The notes under the pieces were generated by a model. The model had not been told where the DNA came from, did not search any database, and was given only the letters and a program-made list of their open reading frames with translations. From Saccostrea echinata (Eukaryota): DNA of 64,000 bases. Of the stretch, positions 36,901-49,689 are shown in pieces. Position 1 is the stretch's first letter; the number at the start of each line of letters is the position of its first letter. The position numbers were made by a program, and so were the translations under genes. The stretch lies in NCBI RefSeq assembly GCF_033153115.1, contig NW_026889806.1, positions 558,001-622,000 on the forward strand, written 5' to 3'.

Positions 36901-39900
36901 CAAACTTTTTTTTTGGATTGCTTGGAAATACATTGGAAATGCGAGACATTTTTTAGTATAGATTTACTTGTGTATAGGAAACAATTTTTAAAGGTATAAC
37001 AGTAATATTTATTGCCTATACATATCTTATGTGTCATTTTGTTTATTCGTAAATATTTACATTTCCAAATAATTTTCCTTGAGATTCTTTGCAAATAGGA
37101 AGACTGTTCATTTTCTCATGAACTACCATGGATGAGCATGAATATCTCCATTGTTACGTCATAATACCGCACTTGATGTCAAAACTATAGTGCAGACTGT
37201 TTTGCTTTAAAAATGACAGTTGAATGATGAAATTTGTGGTAACTCATCAGAAAATAATGTAAATATAAAAAATGAATTTAATTTTCGAAAATTCATGACA
37301 TACATGACCTACAACGCTTCACGCCGGCATATTCATCATGAAGCTTTAACGCGCTTCATGAAATATTCCGGCGTGAAGCGTCGTAGTTCATGTCCTCATG
37401 AATCTTCAAAAATTAAATTCATTTCTTAAAAAGAAGTGTTTCAAATACTACAATATTTTATAATTAAAAGTTTCATGTATAATGAGCACTTTTGTACGCA
37501 ATTATCGAAGTTGGACAACAAAAACTTTGGGGCTTTTAACCCCCTTCTTCCTAGTTATATGAATTTAGTTTTCTATCAGACATCAATCTTCTGATCTTGC
37601 CTCTAATCTGTTGATGTCTTGCAGGAGAAGGAACACTGTTTTGTGCTGAACATAACCATTTTGAGAAACCTATGTTGGATGAGGTGTACTTTATTCCAGT
37701 GGAGAAAATGTTTGAGATGCTGTTTACAGAGTCCGACTTCTACAATGAGTTCCACTCTAGAAGGGGGTCAAAAGGTCATGTCATTTATATGAAAGTTTTA
37801 TTTCTTTATTTTCTTCAAATGAAGAGTGTAAAATATTTAACTATTAATGAAATTTAAACAAATAAATTGCCATTTGCTTTACAAATGTGCCTGAAGTTCT
37901 TATTTTTTAAAACAATGTTTGTAATCCATAATCACAACTGTAGGATTAATAATAAGACTTGATGTTTACTGCTTTTTTACCATTGCAGACTTCACCTTTA
38001 CCCCATGGAAAGACATGGGACATGGTAAACAAACTCGCACGGTCAGCTACACCATCCCATTAAACTACTCGATAGGTCCAAAGTCTTCCCAGGCCGTTGA
38101 GCTGCAGACTTGTCAGAAGGATCCAACCCCTGGTACTTACTTCACAGTAGACACAGAGTGTTCCTGTCTGGGGATTCCTTATGGAAATACATTCATAGTA
38201 AGTATGATTAGTTTTATGACTAGTTCTCAAACTTTTCATTACAAGTCTAGTTCATTTTTTGCTTTAACATCACTTACGAATATGTGAAGGTTCATATATG
38301 GCTGGGTAACTACATTTGTACATTCCCAGTTAGTAGAGGTTGGTACCAGTAACTTCAAATAGAGTATCATAGATGAAGGTTGTCATGAAGAATAAAAATA
38401 AAAGTGATAACATGTATCTACTGATCTAGAGTGTTGATAACATGTATATACTGATCTAGAGTCTTGATAACATTTATCTACTAATCTATAGTCCTCATAA
38501 CATGCGTCTACTGATCTAGAGTGCTGATAACATGTATCTACTGATCCAGAGTGCTGATAACATGTATCTACTGATCTAGAGTGCTGATAGCATGTATCTA
38601 CTGATCTAGAGTGCTGATAACATGTATCTGTTGATTGTTATTAAAGATTGGTTTCACTGCATGATTAAACTTGTTTTCGTTATGACATTCAGAAGGTCAC
38701 ATTGAAGGGGTATTGATTCCACTTACAGTCAGTAGGTCACATGGAGGCATAAGGCCATCCTTTTGAAATGTTTGGAATTGCGGGGTTTGGTTCAGACTCA
38801 AGAGGGAGGGAGGGAAATCATTATTATTTTTTCAAAATTGAAGTTTAATTAAAAACTGTTGATAAAAATCTCAATAAGCAGTGAACACATTGTTTTCCTG
38901 AGTTTTTGTAAAAGGTATTTCCTAACAACCAAGAACCCAGTTTTTGCATAGATCCCATACTAAAAAGGTGTATGGGTGGCATGTGTGTTCAGGAGAATTG
39001 ATTAAATTTAAAAAAAAATTACCTTTGGCAAATATTTTTTTTTTCAGGAGGGGTAATTTCAATGAGGCAAAAGCCAATTCCAGACAAACAGTAATTTTAC
39101 TTTGGTGTAACATGGATTTGTATAGGATTTGTCACATAATTACATAAACTAAACATGCTGAAATAGCACATTCTTCAACAGGAACTGGGATGAATATCTA
39201 TACCTCTGAAGGTTTAAGATTATCTGGCCCTGGGAATTAATGGTTGTTAAATCTACAAACCATTGAAGGCCTTAAATTCTGAGCTCTCGGAGTTATTTGT
39301 TGGTTAATATCTACACTGGCAGATGTTTGGGAAGGGGAAAGTGCAGAAAACAATTCTACAACACTGTAGACTTCATCTCAACTCAACCAATTTAAAAAAA
39401 AAGTATTTTCTTTGCATAAGGACCTTTGCTTTTCTCTTTTATTTGCAAAACATTAAAGTTCATATTCACATCATAGATCTTTCTGTCCATTTGACTACAC
39501 AGTGTCTGTTCTTATGAAACAGAATTTTCACTGCTAGACTAATATTGAGTTGGAAAAAAGTGATATCAACAATCTTTCAAGGATGGCAGTCATTACTGAA
39601 GAATTTCATCTTTTCTTCCTAACTGTTATATTTTATCAATATTTTATGACCCTCATGACTGCAGAATCGTGAAGTTTATGGGCCAGGTATCTAGTGGAAG
39701 TATTTCTCACTTTCCATCAAGCAAGGTTGTTGTTCACATCTAAAACAATAAAGCTAGCATATACATACAGATCTGAAATCATAAGACTGACATTAGTTCT
39801 CACTTTGATCACCGCCTAGATATGTGAAAATGAAGGTTATGATTATATAACTTATGTTTGAAGTTGCTAGGATGACGAATAAAGGATATTTAAAATGAGG

Positions 39901-42900
39901 AATATCTGTATTTGAATTAATTCAGTAAGTTTGATAAATAAAGAGCATTAAATGTGCACTTCAAAGTTAAAAAAAAAGCATTCAATATTTTATGATGACA
40001 TAATGGGTGCTGCATGACAGGTGTGCACACTTCTGCACTATATGCCCTATCCCTAGGAATAAACTCGATACTGGATATTGAGTGACTATGTCAGCTCAGG
40101 TGTAAATTACTCTTTTATTAGTGTTTATATGTTAATCTTCATAAAAAAACTCTTCTAAGATAGGGGCTAAGGCAAGGAAGATACAGGTAAGTGATTTGTA
40201 GACATATCATGATTTTTATTGAATTGTTTTGAATTGAAATAATCTATTATTTTGCATGATAAATTCATGTGGTTAAATTGCAGTTGGCATTTAAATTTTG
40301 AATTGATTTATAAATAAATTTCGCACTAAGATATGGTGAAATCAATTAGAATGGTAGTAAATCCAATCAGTCCAAGGTTATGTATATCAAATTTGGCAGC
40401 AAAAAAGTGCGCTAGCAGAATTTAAAAAAAAAAAAAGCATGAGAAGTAAACAATTGAATTTTTGGAATAATTTAAAAGACAAATATTGACATTTTCAAAA
40501 CTTTTAAGAAAAGTTGATTGAGAACATTTTAACAATAAGTACATTTGCATGCACAGAATGCATCAAAATATTGTGCATTATAAATGAGATTTTAAAAGCT
40601 ACATGATAGAGTTTACCGGTACATATTAAGGTAAATTTCATTTCAGTGAAATGGTGATACTTAAGCATGTAAATCGTAAATACCTCTACAGATATACTAG
40701 TACAGATACAGTAAACTTTCTTCAAGTTGGTTCTGGAAATGTACTGCAGTTGAACTTCGGTAATCTCAAACACAGATATCTCAATTACCATGGATATGTT
40801 GAAGTGATTGGGAAGTCCTAACCAAGTCATTCTTATCTTTCTTAAGTATTTTACCCTCAATATCTTGAAACCTTGGATATCATGAAGTTTTTTTCTCAGT
40901 CCCATCAAGTTTGAGATAATGAGGTCTGACTGTATATAATTCTCTCATGAGGTATCACTGACAAATCTTAAGCACCTCTTACAGATATACCATTGAGATT
41001 CAGTATACTGTCTGTTCCAGAAAGGCAATAAGTTTTTTGTAAAGTATCATCTCCAGTTAATCTGATTCACATACATATACAACATTCATATACATGTATA
41101 TACAACATACATACATATACAACATATATACATATACAACATACATATATATACAACATACATATATATACAACATACATATATATACAACATACATATA
41201 TATACAACATACATACATATAGAACATGTATACATATACAACATACATATATATACAACATACATATATACCTTTACAGATTCAGTCTATTTTCTGGTAA
41301 TGCATCATTGACAGCATCACAGTCATAGAGGAATCTATAAAGATTTTATCAGTGTGTTACTGATAAAATGACCAGAGTGTCAGTTTGGAGTTTTTCATTA
41401 TCCACACCAGATATGCAATATACATGTATACTAGTATTTAAGAGTTACTTTGCATTTGATATGTATCTTCCTTTTCTTTAAGGTTGTCAATAGATACTGC
41501 ATATCCAAGGTCAATAGGTACAAGTCCCGTCTCCAGGTCACGTCAGAGGTCCGCTACAAGAAGTCTGTTTGGGGACTGGTCAAGAGTATGTATTATAAAT
41601 AAAATTGATAAACACAGCATAGTCAAAAATAGAATTTATAAATGTAGTATATTAAACTAGATTAATTACATTTTAAATTTAAGACCCCTGTGCGAAATTG
41701 TAGACTATGTAAGAAAAAGTACACATGAATGTCTATTTCAAAAAAAGATGTTATATCTGTAAATATTCTTGTGTAACTTTGAGTGAAAAAGAGAAGATAA
41801 TGAAGTAAAGATCAATAGATAATGTCTTACGTTTTGTTACAAAAGATAATGAGGGTGGATAGTCTACTGTTTCTATGGGTGATATTGATCACCAATATGA
41901 CATTATCATAAAATACCAATCAAAAACTACTTTCTGTAAAACAGAAAAGAAACTCATGAACTTGCTTGAATGCTTTTATAATTGGGGAAAAGTCTGAACC
42001 TTTAATATTGATGATGAGCTAGATCTTGGACAAACTTAGTTTAGCATTTGGATAGTATGAAACCATTTGGTACTGGTTTACAAGGTCTACTTCTTGATTT
42101 ATGAGATATATAGTAACTTGAATTAAATTGGCAATTACAATATATTATTTAAATTGTGGAATGAAATACATGTATGTGATTATAATTCCGTCATCTTTAC
42201 AGGTATGATAGAGAAGAATAGTATACAAGGTTGTATAGATCACTTCAATACCCTTAGTGTTCACTTGAAGCAAGAGTCAGACAAATTTGAAACCAGTGTT
42301 CTGCAGACTCGTGCTAGTGGCAAAAGGAAAATTAGAAAGAGGAGAGTTCGAGCTCAGCATCCAGTAGTCCCAGAAATCCACAAACTAAAACCCACCAGAC
42401 ACCTGTCTCTGATAGATAAACAGACAAGACAAGCTGTCAAGTCAAGTCTAACACCCACCACCCCAGTCAAAAGTAAGTCATGGCATTTTATAGTAAAGAT
42501 TTGCTAGATGCATACTTTTACATGGGTACACATATACATGTTTACATGTCTGTGGTATGGAAACATCTACACAATTTTTCTTGTTCTATTGTATATACAT
42601 GTAGTATAATTGGCAGCTACATATTTCCTTTATTTTATATCCATTGCTTAGAAATGTGTACATGTAGAGAATTGATTGTTTCAGTTCTTTGTTTCACAGT
42701 TAGGAAAAAGAATTAAATTAGTGAAAGATATTTTCATTGCAATTCAATTTCAATGTACAGTAATTGATATGAAGTTTTTATGCCACATCATAAATATAAA
42801 TATAGGCAGAGCCTCTTGTTGTTTCTGGCATCCATTCTTCTGTCTGTGCTTTCTTATTTTAAGCACAGTTTCAAAGAAACTGTTTTCTGACTTGAACCTC

Positions 42901-42973
42901 CCCTATGATTTTGACCTCACATTTCATCATCTAACCTAGTTTCATAGGAGCACTTTTTTAGCTCATCTGATCT

Positions 42974-43004
<31 letters not shown>

Positions 43005-43056
43005 GTTCCATTGTTTGTTGTCCTCTTTGTCATTGTCATTAACTTTTTGCAATTTT

Positions 43057-43092
<36 letters not shown>

Positions 43093-46000
43093 CAACTTGG
43101 CACATAGTATTCTTGGGTGAAGGGCATTCAGGTTTATGCAAATAAAGGCCAACACTCTCTTCTAAGGGTGGATATTAAGAAATAATGAAAATTTGGTTGG
43201 GCCATTTAAAAATCTTATTCTCAAAAATTTCTGGACCAGAACAGATGAAACTTGAATGAAAGCTTTCTGACATACCAGTAATGTAGATTCATGTTTGTTA
43301 AAATCATGACCCTGGGGGGTAGGGTGGGGCCACAATGGGCTATCAAAATTTTACTTAGGAATGTATAGGATATATATTTAAAAATTCTTTTCTCAAGAAC
43401 AGCAATGCCATGATTAGTCATATTTACTTGTAAGTTCTTACTCATTGGACTTCCCAGTGAATTCAACTGGAGACCAAATTATTGTTATAAAATTGACTTG
43501 ACCTATCATTTGACCTTGACTTCACTTCTTGTCATTAAGCATAAGCTCAGATTTATAATTTACTATTTGCTGAGACCAAAAAGGTTCTTTTCTTGTCATA
43601 TTGTATGTTACAAAACAATGTACCGGGTATTAATTTTCACAAAGTTAAGGGAAAGTTTTTGGTGCCTTTGTTTCTTTGTTCCTCTGCAAAATAAGCTTAT
43701 TTTAGTGAATATAATATTTTATTATACCTCTGTGAATTTTTTCTATATAAAAATATTACGAATAAACATGCTATTTTTTCCAAACAGCCCCTACCGTGGA
43801 ATAGTTTTTGTGCTATTTGCCCATGGTGAAATAGTCATTAAACTATTCACCGGCAGCATTCTGTTTCCCTCGCTTTTCATCTCGGAACTCTTCTGGTTTT
43901 ATACAGATTGTGACGTAACACAAGTAAAGACTGCTTCGGTATAATAAAACACTTATTTACTGACTATTCGGACAATAGCAAGTTTATCGTTCCCCTCGAC
44001 AGCAACTATTTCCCTCGGCTGCGCCTCGGGAAATAGTTGCTGTCTTGGGGAACGATAAACTTGCTATTGTCCTCATAGCCAGTAAATAGGTGTATATTAG
44101 CACCTTGTCAACTTATTTAAAAACATATACATACTAGTACATGATTAAAGCTTATACATGTCATTGTTAAAACACTTGTGCGCTAATTTACATTTATACT
44201 TATCATTTGAAGAGGACGACTGGGCTAAATTTTAATGCCCTAGTATATGAACCTTTATAGTAATTAAGGATTAGTGAAAATTAAATGACATCTTTTCAAA
44301 GTCTTCTTCTCAAAATTCACTGAGCCAGAAAAGATGACACTTACATGTAAGCTTCCTGACCTAATTAAGATTATAATTTGTTCAAATCATGATAATCCTG
44401 ATGTTGTGTTGAATTAAGTCTAAATAAATTGTAACTCCTTTAGGTCTAGATTTTTGTCCACAACATAGAGTCAAAATACGTATTATGAAATTGAAGAGGG
44501 GAATTTGAAAAAAAACAAAATCTGCTGGGCCAAATGACTCAGATGAGCTTTGCAACACATGGGCCTCTTGTTAAAATTATGAACCCTGTGATTAGAGATG
44601 GGCTAAAATCAGAGCTCCAAATTCTACATAATGTCTAAGTAAAAAAACCAACACTGTTCCTGAGCAGCATGGTCATTTTAATCGATGCATCCTAATGTTG
44701 TGTGGATTCAACTTTGAATATTTACATTTCCAAATATTTTTCCTTCAGATTCTTTGCAATTTAGAAGACTGTTCATTTTCTCATGAACTACCATGGATGA
44801 GCATGAATATCTCCATTGTTACGTCATAATACTATACTTGACGTCAAAACTATAGTGCAAACTGTTTTGCTTTAAAAATGACAGTTGAATGATGTCATTT
44901 GTGGTAACTCATCAGAAAATAATGTAAATATAAAAAATGAATTTAATTTTCGAAAATTCATGACATACATGACCTACAACACTTCACGCCGGCATATTTA
45001 TCATGAAGTGCTAACGCGCTTCATGAAATATGCCGGCGTGAAGCGTCGTAGTTCATGTCCTCATGAATCTTCAAAAATTAAATTCATTTCTTAAATAAAT
45101 CATAGCCCCTATAGTATTAGGATTGGTCCACAATATGGAGTCAAAATTTTTATGAAATTAAAGAGGGAAATGTAAAAAAAAAAAAATTCTGGCAATGAAC
45201 AGCAGGGCTATAATGACTCGGTGAGCATTATGACCCATGGGCCTCTTGCTTATGATTACTTCAAAAGTCAAGACTGTCGTCCATTTTGCCTTGATAGATA
45301 TTAAAAAGCTGTAGTTGTGTATTTATTGAAAAAAAAACTGAATCTGTCATGTATATTGTTGTCATTAATGATTGTTTCTTTGTTAACAGGTGTTACAATA
45401 CATAAAGAGGATATCTCTAAATTAAATGCAGATACATTAGTTAGAGTGATATTGGTTGTGTAAGTATCAATACAGTGTTGCTTGTAAATGTTCGTCTATG
45501 CCAAAATTATTAAACAGTTGAAGGGATTAAAGAAACGTTTTGAATGTTATTCTTTTATTTATATACACAGAGACACCCATGTTCTAAGTTAAATCAGTTA
45601 ATTTCCAATTTATTAGGTGACCTTGGCAATGTATAGAGAAACCATTTATTATATAAATCAAAAAATTTGCTACTGAAAAAACTACAGTGTCAGGTATATT
45701 TTTAAGTTACCTGAGTCACTCAGGTGACCTAATGCTATCCGTATGTTGTGTGTTAACATTTGAACATTTTTAGCTTCTTCTCTGAAACTGCTTAACCAAT
45801 TTCATCCAAATTTGGTATATAGCATCATATATGGGTGAAGGGGAACAAAAATTTTGAATTTCATGGTCTCTGCCCTCCTAAGGCCTGAGGGGTGGGGCTA
45901 AAACCACCAAAATTAATGCAATCTTTAAAAATCTTCTTCTTTACTCCTGGACATCAAGCAGTCAAACTGTTGGCATGATTGTAATAAGCATTGAGCCCTC

Positions 46001-48794
46001 TACCAAAATTATGAAATTCATTGCCCCAGGGTCAGGGGTTCTGGTGCTAGGGTGGGGCTATATAGATCATATAGTGAAAGTGCATTATTTCTTTGAAAAT
46101 CTTCTTCTCTGCTCCTGGGTATTAAATAAACTAACTAAGAACATAGTTATGGTGAGCATGGCTGCATTTTCAGAAATTGTGAAATTCATGGCCCCGGGGT
46201 CAGGGGTTTTGGTGTTAGGGTAGGGCTCTATTGATTATATAGTGAAAATGCATTAATTCTTTGAAAATCTTCTTCTCTGCTCCTGGGTATTTAATAAAAT
46301 AAGTAAGTACATAGTTATGATGAGGAAGAGTGCCTCTTCAAAATTGTGAATTTCATGGCCCCAGGGTCAGGGGTTCTGGTGTTATGGTGGGGCTCTATTG
46401 ATTATATAGTGAAAATACATTAATTCGTTGGAAATCTTCTCTGCTCCAGGGTATTAAATAAACTAACTAAGAAAATAGTTATGGTGAGCATACCTGCCTT
46501 TTCAGAAATTGTGAATTTCATGGCCACGGGGTCAAGGGTTCTGGTGTTAGGGCGGGGCTCTATTGATTATATAGTGAAAATGCATTAATTCTTTGAAAAT
46601 CTTCTTTTCTGCTCCTTGGTATTAAATGAACTAAATAAATTAAGTACATAGTTATGATGAGGAAGAGTGCCTCTTCCAAAATTGTGAATTTCATAGCCCC
46701 AGGGTCGGGGTTCTGGTGAAGGGGGAGGGGGCTCTATTGATTATACAGTGAAAATTCATAATTTCTTTCAAAATATTTTTTCTACTATTGGTTATAAAGC
46801 AAAGAAACAGGTGTATAGTTATGATGAGCAAAGTGCTTCTTCCAGAATTGTATTGTGGCCCCTGGATCAGATGCTCTGGTGTAAGGGTGGGGCTTTATTT
46901 ATTTAATAATACCGTATATACTCACCTATAAGTCGGTTTTTTGGGAGTTAAACTTTGGTTCAAAACTCTTTATCCGACTTATACACGAGTTATGAAAAGA
47001 CTGGTAATTAAGTGGGTCAATCCTTCTAATTTAAGCTTAAAAAATACAACCGACTTATAGGCGGACTGACTTATAGGCGAGTATATACGGTATACATTTC
47101 TTTGAAAATTTTCTATGCTTCTAGGCATATTGAAGGCAAACAGAGTAAAATTTTTAATATGCAAGGGTATTTTTACCAGAATTTTGAACACCTTGACCAC
47201 TTAGGCAAGTGTTATGGTCCTGGCCAGGGCTCTATTAATTTGTATTCTGCTGAGCAAAGTTATTCCCCTTTGCCATTCACGTTTGAAAATTAATCACTGT
47301 AAATAATGTATTTGAAAGGTTATAGAATAAGAAAATTATGCAAGAATATTTATTGTATACATGTAATACAAAAAATACTTTCATAGTTTTAATGATCAGG
47401 TAGACTTGGAAATAATAGATGAATAAAAATGAGACAAAAATAACTTATCTTTTTAAATGTTCTTCAAAGGCCAAGAGAGGCCAATGTAAGAAGTAATAAC
47501 ATGGGGTTAAAAAATAGACATTTTGTTACTAGTCTGCATGGTAATAGTGATAAATGGGAGACAGATAGATATTAGACCAATTATTTTGTTGATCCTAATC
47601 ATACTATTTTTCTTGTTTTGGGGCAGCAAAGCTTCATTTATCAGTTTTTGGATCCTCTAAATTGTTGTATTGTACTCAGGTGACCGTTAAGACCCTTGGA
47701 CCTCTTGTTTGTCAGTTGTAAGTTAACTGATTTTTAATTTTATATTTTAGATTGGTCTTGTTGGTTTTCTTTAATGCCATACTTTTCTATAAGCTCTGGT
47801 CTTTGGAGAGTTACACTAATATAGTGTACTTCCCACGACAACATACAGTGACTGAAGATCTCAAGTGAGTTATAATCCAATATCTAGTAAAATACTACCT
47901 ATATAACATATTACATGTATAAAAATGAAATATAATGATGCTAAATGTATAGCTTCATTAAAAATTGAAATTTTGTACATTTGACTTAATGTACATATGT
48001 GAAAGGGTTAGAGAGATTCAACATCTTTATGTTACGGTAAAACACACTTTAGACTTAACGAATTCATGCTGTAGCAAAGTGATTTTCATTCCTTGTGGTT
48101 TTAAAATGTATTGACAACTTAACAGATATAATGAATTAAGTTTATAGTGAAGCAAAATAGTCTGTGCTTGGCACTTTGCTATAAGCATGTTTTACAGTGT
48201 ATAGAATACCTCAAGGGTATCTACGTTTATTTGCAAAAAATATTGTCTCCATGATTTTAGGATCATTTTTTTGTTCACTGACACATAGAGTGTTGAAGTG
48301 ACTTTAGAAGAAGTGATATGTTTTCGATTATTTATGTAAAAAAAGTTTTATATAATTGTCTTTCTATTTTTCAGAAATTACCCCAAATCACAAGAAGAAT
48401 GGATCCAGTTACTACAACAACAAAGACAATTACATGAGAGTGAAATTGATAGATGGAAGGAAATAATTACATCCTCAATAGATCTTATAGATCGAGTAAG
48501 AATAGTTTTATTATCCAAGACAAAATTACGTTCACCTCCATAAATTATTATGTAAAGATAACTTTACTTCAAGCTTTTCACTTTGTTGGAGTCCTAATAT
48601 TTTCATAGCTTCATTCATCCTCATACAATAATACAGTATGAGGTAATGTTATTTACCAAAGTAAAATACTGCGTAGTAATAATGAATTTTTATTCTGATT
48701 AATTTTGTAGATAAAAGGCACATTGGGTGATGTGAAAAACAGTTTAGAAGGCAGACTTCAGAATTCAGACTTTTTTAAGGGAGAGAATACATAA
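18939..48794 (+). CDS. GRAMD1B: GRAM domain-containing protein 1 (Aster, GRAMD1B-like) ER sterol transporter, ~896 aa, 16 exons
   Basis: Exons 18939-19117, 22132-22206, 22829-23459, 29558-29642, 29971-30074, 30198-30374, 35264-35416, 35823-35988, 37625-37774, 37989-38197, 41483-41585, 42203-42472, 45390-45459, 47751-47864, 48375-48495 and 48711-48794 (2691 nt) are in frame. GRAM domain: DYSCALQKEILVQGRMY...KEKTARVIPNAIQI. VASt/Aster domain: GIPYGNTF.VVNRYCI...VWGLVKSMIEKNS. TM segment LVLLVFFNAILFYKLWSLE, followed by a C-terminal helix. Paralog letter is nominal in an invertebrate. Confidence 0.92.
19763..20685. mobile_element. Non-autonomous long-TIR DNA transposon with 9-bp TSD (AcademH-like)
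   Basis: ~80-bp TIRs starting CAT(T/C)GTCGCAAGCCACGGG. Exact TSD GGTGAGTTG at 19754-19762 and 20686-20694. Confidence 0.88.
19888..20227. mobile_element. Related long-TIR element with 9-bp TSD, nested in 19763-20685
   Basis: ~76-bp TIRs starting CATCCTCGCAAGCCAGGGG. Exact TSD GATTTACCT at 19879-19887 and 20228-20236. Confidence 0.9.
20893..21037. mobile_element. Palindromic MITE (~55-bp arms)
   Basis: Arms aggaatcgctgtctagt.tgttgggtatgc... / ...gcatacccaacaaactagacagcgattcct. Confidence 0.75.
23634..24532. mobile_element. Non-autonomous Tc1/mariner-like element
   Basis: TA|caagggttgttagaaaagttctcggaca ... tgtccgtgaacttttctaacaaccctcg|TA. No transposase ORF. Confidence 0.85.
25205..25423. 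mobile_element. TA-flanked CTGTA-ended MITE; similar elements at ~27396-27608 and ~53179-53391
   Basis: TIRs tgtagattcc / ggaatctacagta. The other two are ctgtaaat.ac...atctacagta with shared internal sequence. Confidence 0.65.
25763..26103. mobile_element. MITE with ~67-bp TIRs
   Basis: TIRs caatagacccttttcctatgaca.attttgc.taggagttatt.cccttagc / gctaagggaaataactcctaggcaaaatatgtcataggaaaagggtctattg. Confidence 0.8.
27944..28064 (+). mobile_element. Degenerate solo LTR of the tRNA-containing TRIM
   Basis: TGTGG...GTTACA termini. A-box-like tagttcagttggt and B-box ggttcaaatcctggtctggtc, the latter identical to the 59261-59132 LTR. Confidence 0.6.
28507..28694. mobile_element. Palindromic MITE
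   Basis: Arms ttcacgataactgcagtact.c.cttttgcagggcaaa / tttgccctgcaaaagtgtagtactgcagttatcgtgaa. Confidence 0.75.
30708..34891. mobile_element. Non-autonomous piggyBac-like element, 4184 bp, in GRAMD1 intron 6
   Basis: TTAA|CCCTCTGGCTGCG ... CGCAGCCAGAGGG|TTAA (perfect 13-bp TIR). The left subterminal repeat gctgcggga.ggacatatatgtcc occurs twice. No long ORF. Confidence 0.9.
35393..35476 (+). repeat. 28-bp tandem triplication spanning the GRAMD1 exon 7 donor
   Basis: Copies: gtgacccccaataggttgaatcaggtca / gtgtcccctagtaggttaaatcagatca / gtgacccccagtgggttaaatcaggtct. Confidence 0.85.
35548..35725. mobile_element. TA-flanked CAGT MITE; second copy at ~40747-40934
   Basis: ta|cagttgaacttc.gta.cttgaac...ttcgagataacgaggtttgactg|ta. 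Internal taccatggatatgt.gaagtgatt is shared by both copies. Confidence 0.75.
37051..37428. repeat. Interspersed repeat ending in a ~155-bp hairpin; near-identical copy at 44717-45094
   Basis: The two copies align over ~375 bp. Terminal arms are aaatgaatttaattttcgaa.attcatga... / ...tcatgaatcttcaaaaattaaattcattt. Confidence 0.85.
38404..38630 (+). repeat. 30-bp minisatellite, ~7.5 copies
   Basis: Unit gtgctgataacatgtatctactgatctaga repeated head to tail with no spacers. Confidence 0.95.
41069..41270. repeat. Low-complexity (acatatatacaacat)-type micro/minisatellite
   Basis: Directly visible AT/AC-rich tandem run. Confidence 0.9.
42955..45250 (+). mobile_element. Cg170-family HINE(s) with nested insertions
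   Basis: Head ttttagctcatctga...gctcaagtgagcttttctgatc at ~42956, followed by Cg170-like units. Tails ...catgggcctcttg at ~44570 and ~45248. Confidence 0.65.
43950..44096. repeat. Long terminal hairpin of an interspersed element (~70-bp arms)
   Basis: ggacaatagcaagtttatcgttcccc.cgacagcaactatttccc-tcggctgcgcctc-gggaaatagttgctgtct.ggggaacgataaacttgctattgtcc. Confidence 0.85.
45700..47710 (+). mobile_element. HINE with ~170-175 bp internal tandem array
   Basis: Head gttacctgagtcactcaggtgacc and tail actcaggtgaccgttaagacccttggacctcttgttt. Units aaattgtgaatttcatggcccc.gggtcaggggttctggtg... occur about 6 times. Confidence 0.8.
46912..47090. mobile_element. pogo/Tigger-like MITE nested in HINE
   Basis: TA|ccgtatatactcacctataagtc ... 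gacttataggcgagtatatacgg|TA. Confidence 0.85.
48034..48200. mobile_element. TA-flanked MITE family; also at 12699-13320 (split by a HINE) and ~54442-54600 (reverse)
   Basis: Shared c.gtaaaacac...gaattca...aagtgattttcatt...tggcactttg.tataag...tttta motifs in all three places. Confidence 0.65.
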
Positions 48795-49142
48795 CACAGA
48801 GGAACCAGTTCTAAACTGGTGACCTTTCCCTTATAATCTCTAAATAACACAAAGGCAGGCAGCTGGCTGCTTGCTATGGGCATATTGTAAAACATAACAT
48901 TCTTTGTCATGTTCTTCTCATAAAGCTTATTGTGTTTTTAATTTTAAAAAGATAAAAACATTTAGATAATAGCTACTTCTTCTACATATAGGTAGTTAAT
49001 TTGTTTTTAAGCAAACTTCTGAGATGTATGTTTAAGTATCTGTTTCAGAAGTGATCATGTAGATTTTCAAACAAGTATAACAGACAGTATTTCATTATTG
49101 TTACAGTATAAAGTACTTTAAAATTGTTTTCATAAGATTGTG

Positions 49143-49689
49143 CATCTTCACTAGCCAAGAGTTTTTGATCCTTTACTCTCCTCACAAACCCTTGGCATAC
49201 GGTGCAGTCAAAAGTTGGGATTGTTTACGACACGTGATCTCGAATCTTCCAACATACACACAAATTGCGTCATCAACAAAAATAAAAGGCGTATTTGAAA
49301 ATTTAAGTTTTTAAAGAATAATTAACAAGAAGATATCGAGCAATGTTTAATTTGTTATTTATCGTGCAAATCTACATCTACAATAAGATTCCTGATCAAA
49401 ATATTTGTACATCAGCTTAAGATTGGATGACACCATATCTATTTATAGAGTGACATGTTATCTTATGAATCGTTGTCTACTTGTGTTTTTCATTACCGAG
49501 ACTAAAGAAGCAAGATATACCCCGAAGGCAAATATCATCATTTACAAATTAAAGCAATTTCTGATTGGTCGAACGATGTCGATCAACTCCAATCACAACT
49601 CGAGAAAAAAAACCCAACTTTTAATAGCACCGTATGCCAAGGGTTTGTGAGGAGAAAAGCGGATCAGAAACCCTTGGCTAGCGAAGATG
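49143..49689. mobile_element. Long-TIR element with 9-bp TSD (AcademH-like), 350 bp after the GRAMD1 stop
   Basis: TIR CATCTTC(A/G)CTAGCCAAG, ~63 bp. Exact TSD AAGATTGTG at 49134-49142 and 49690-49698. Confidence 0.88.

Noticed and set aside
37220-37429. Duplicated 69-aa ORF (also 44885-45094) suggesting a small gene family
   Set aside because: Both start at TTG and are read through the palindromic end of a repeated element inside GRAMD1 introns.
38404-38630. CRISPR-like array of 30-bp repeats
   Set aside because: Units are head to tail with no unique spacers, there are no cas genes, and the locus is a eukaryotic intron.
41057-41261. Cys/Tyr/Met-rich repetitive ORFs
   Set aside because: They are translations of an AT/AC microsatellite.
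43498-43944. 148-aa hydrophobic ORF
   Set aside because: It has a TTG start and an F/I/L bias expected from T-rich DNA, lies in an intron among repeats, and has no splice or homology support.
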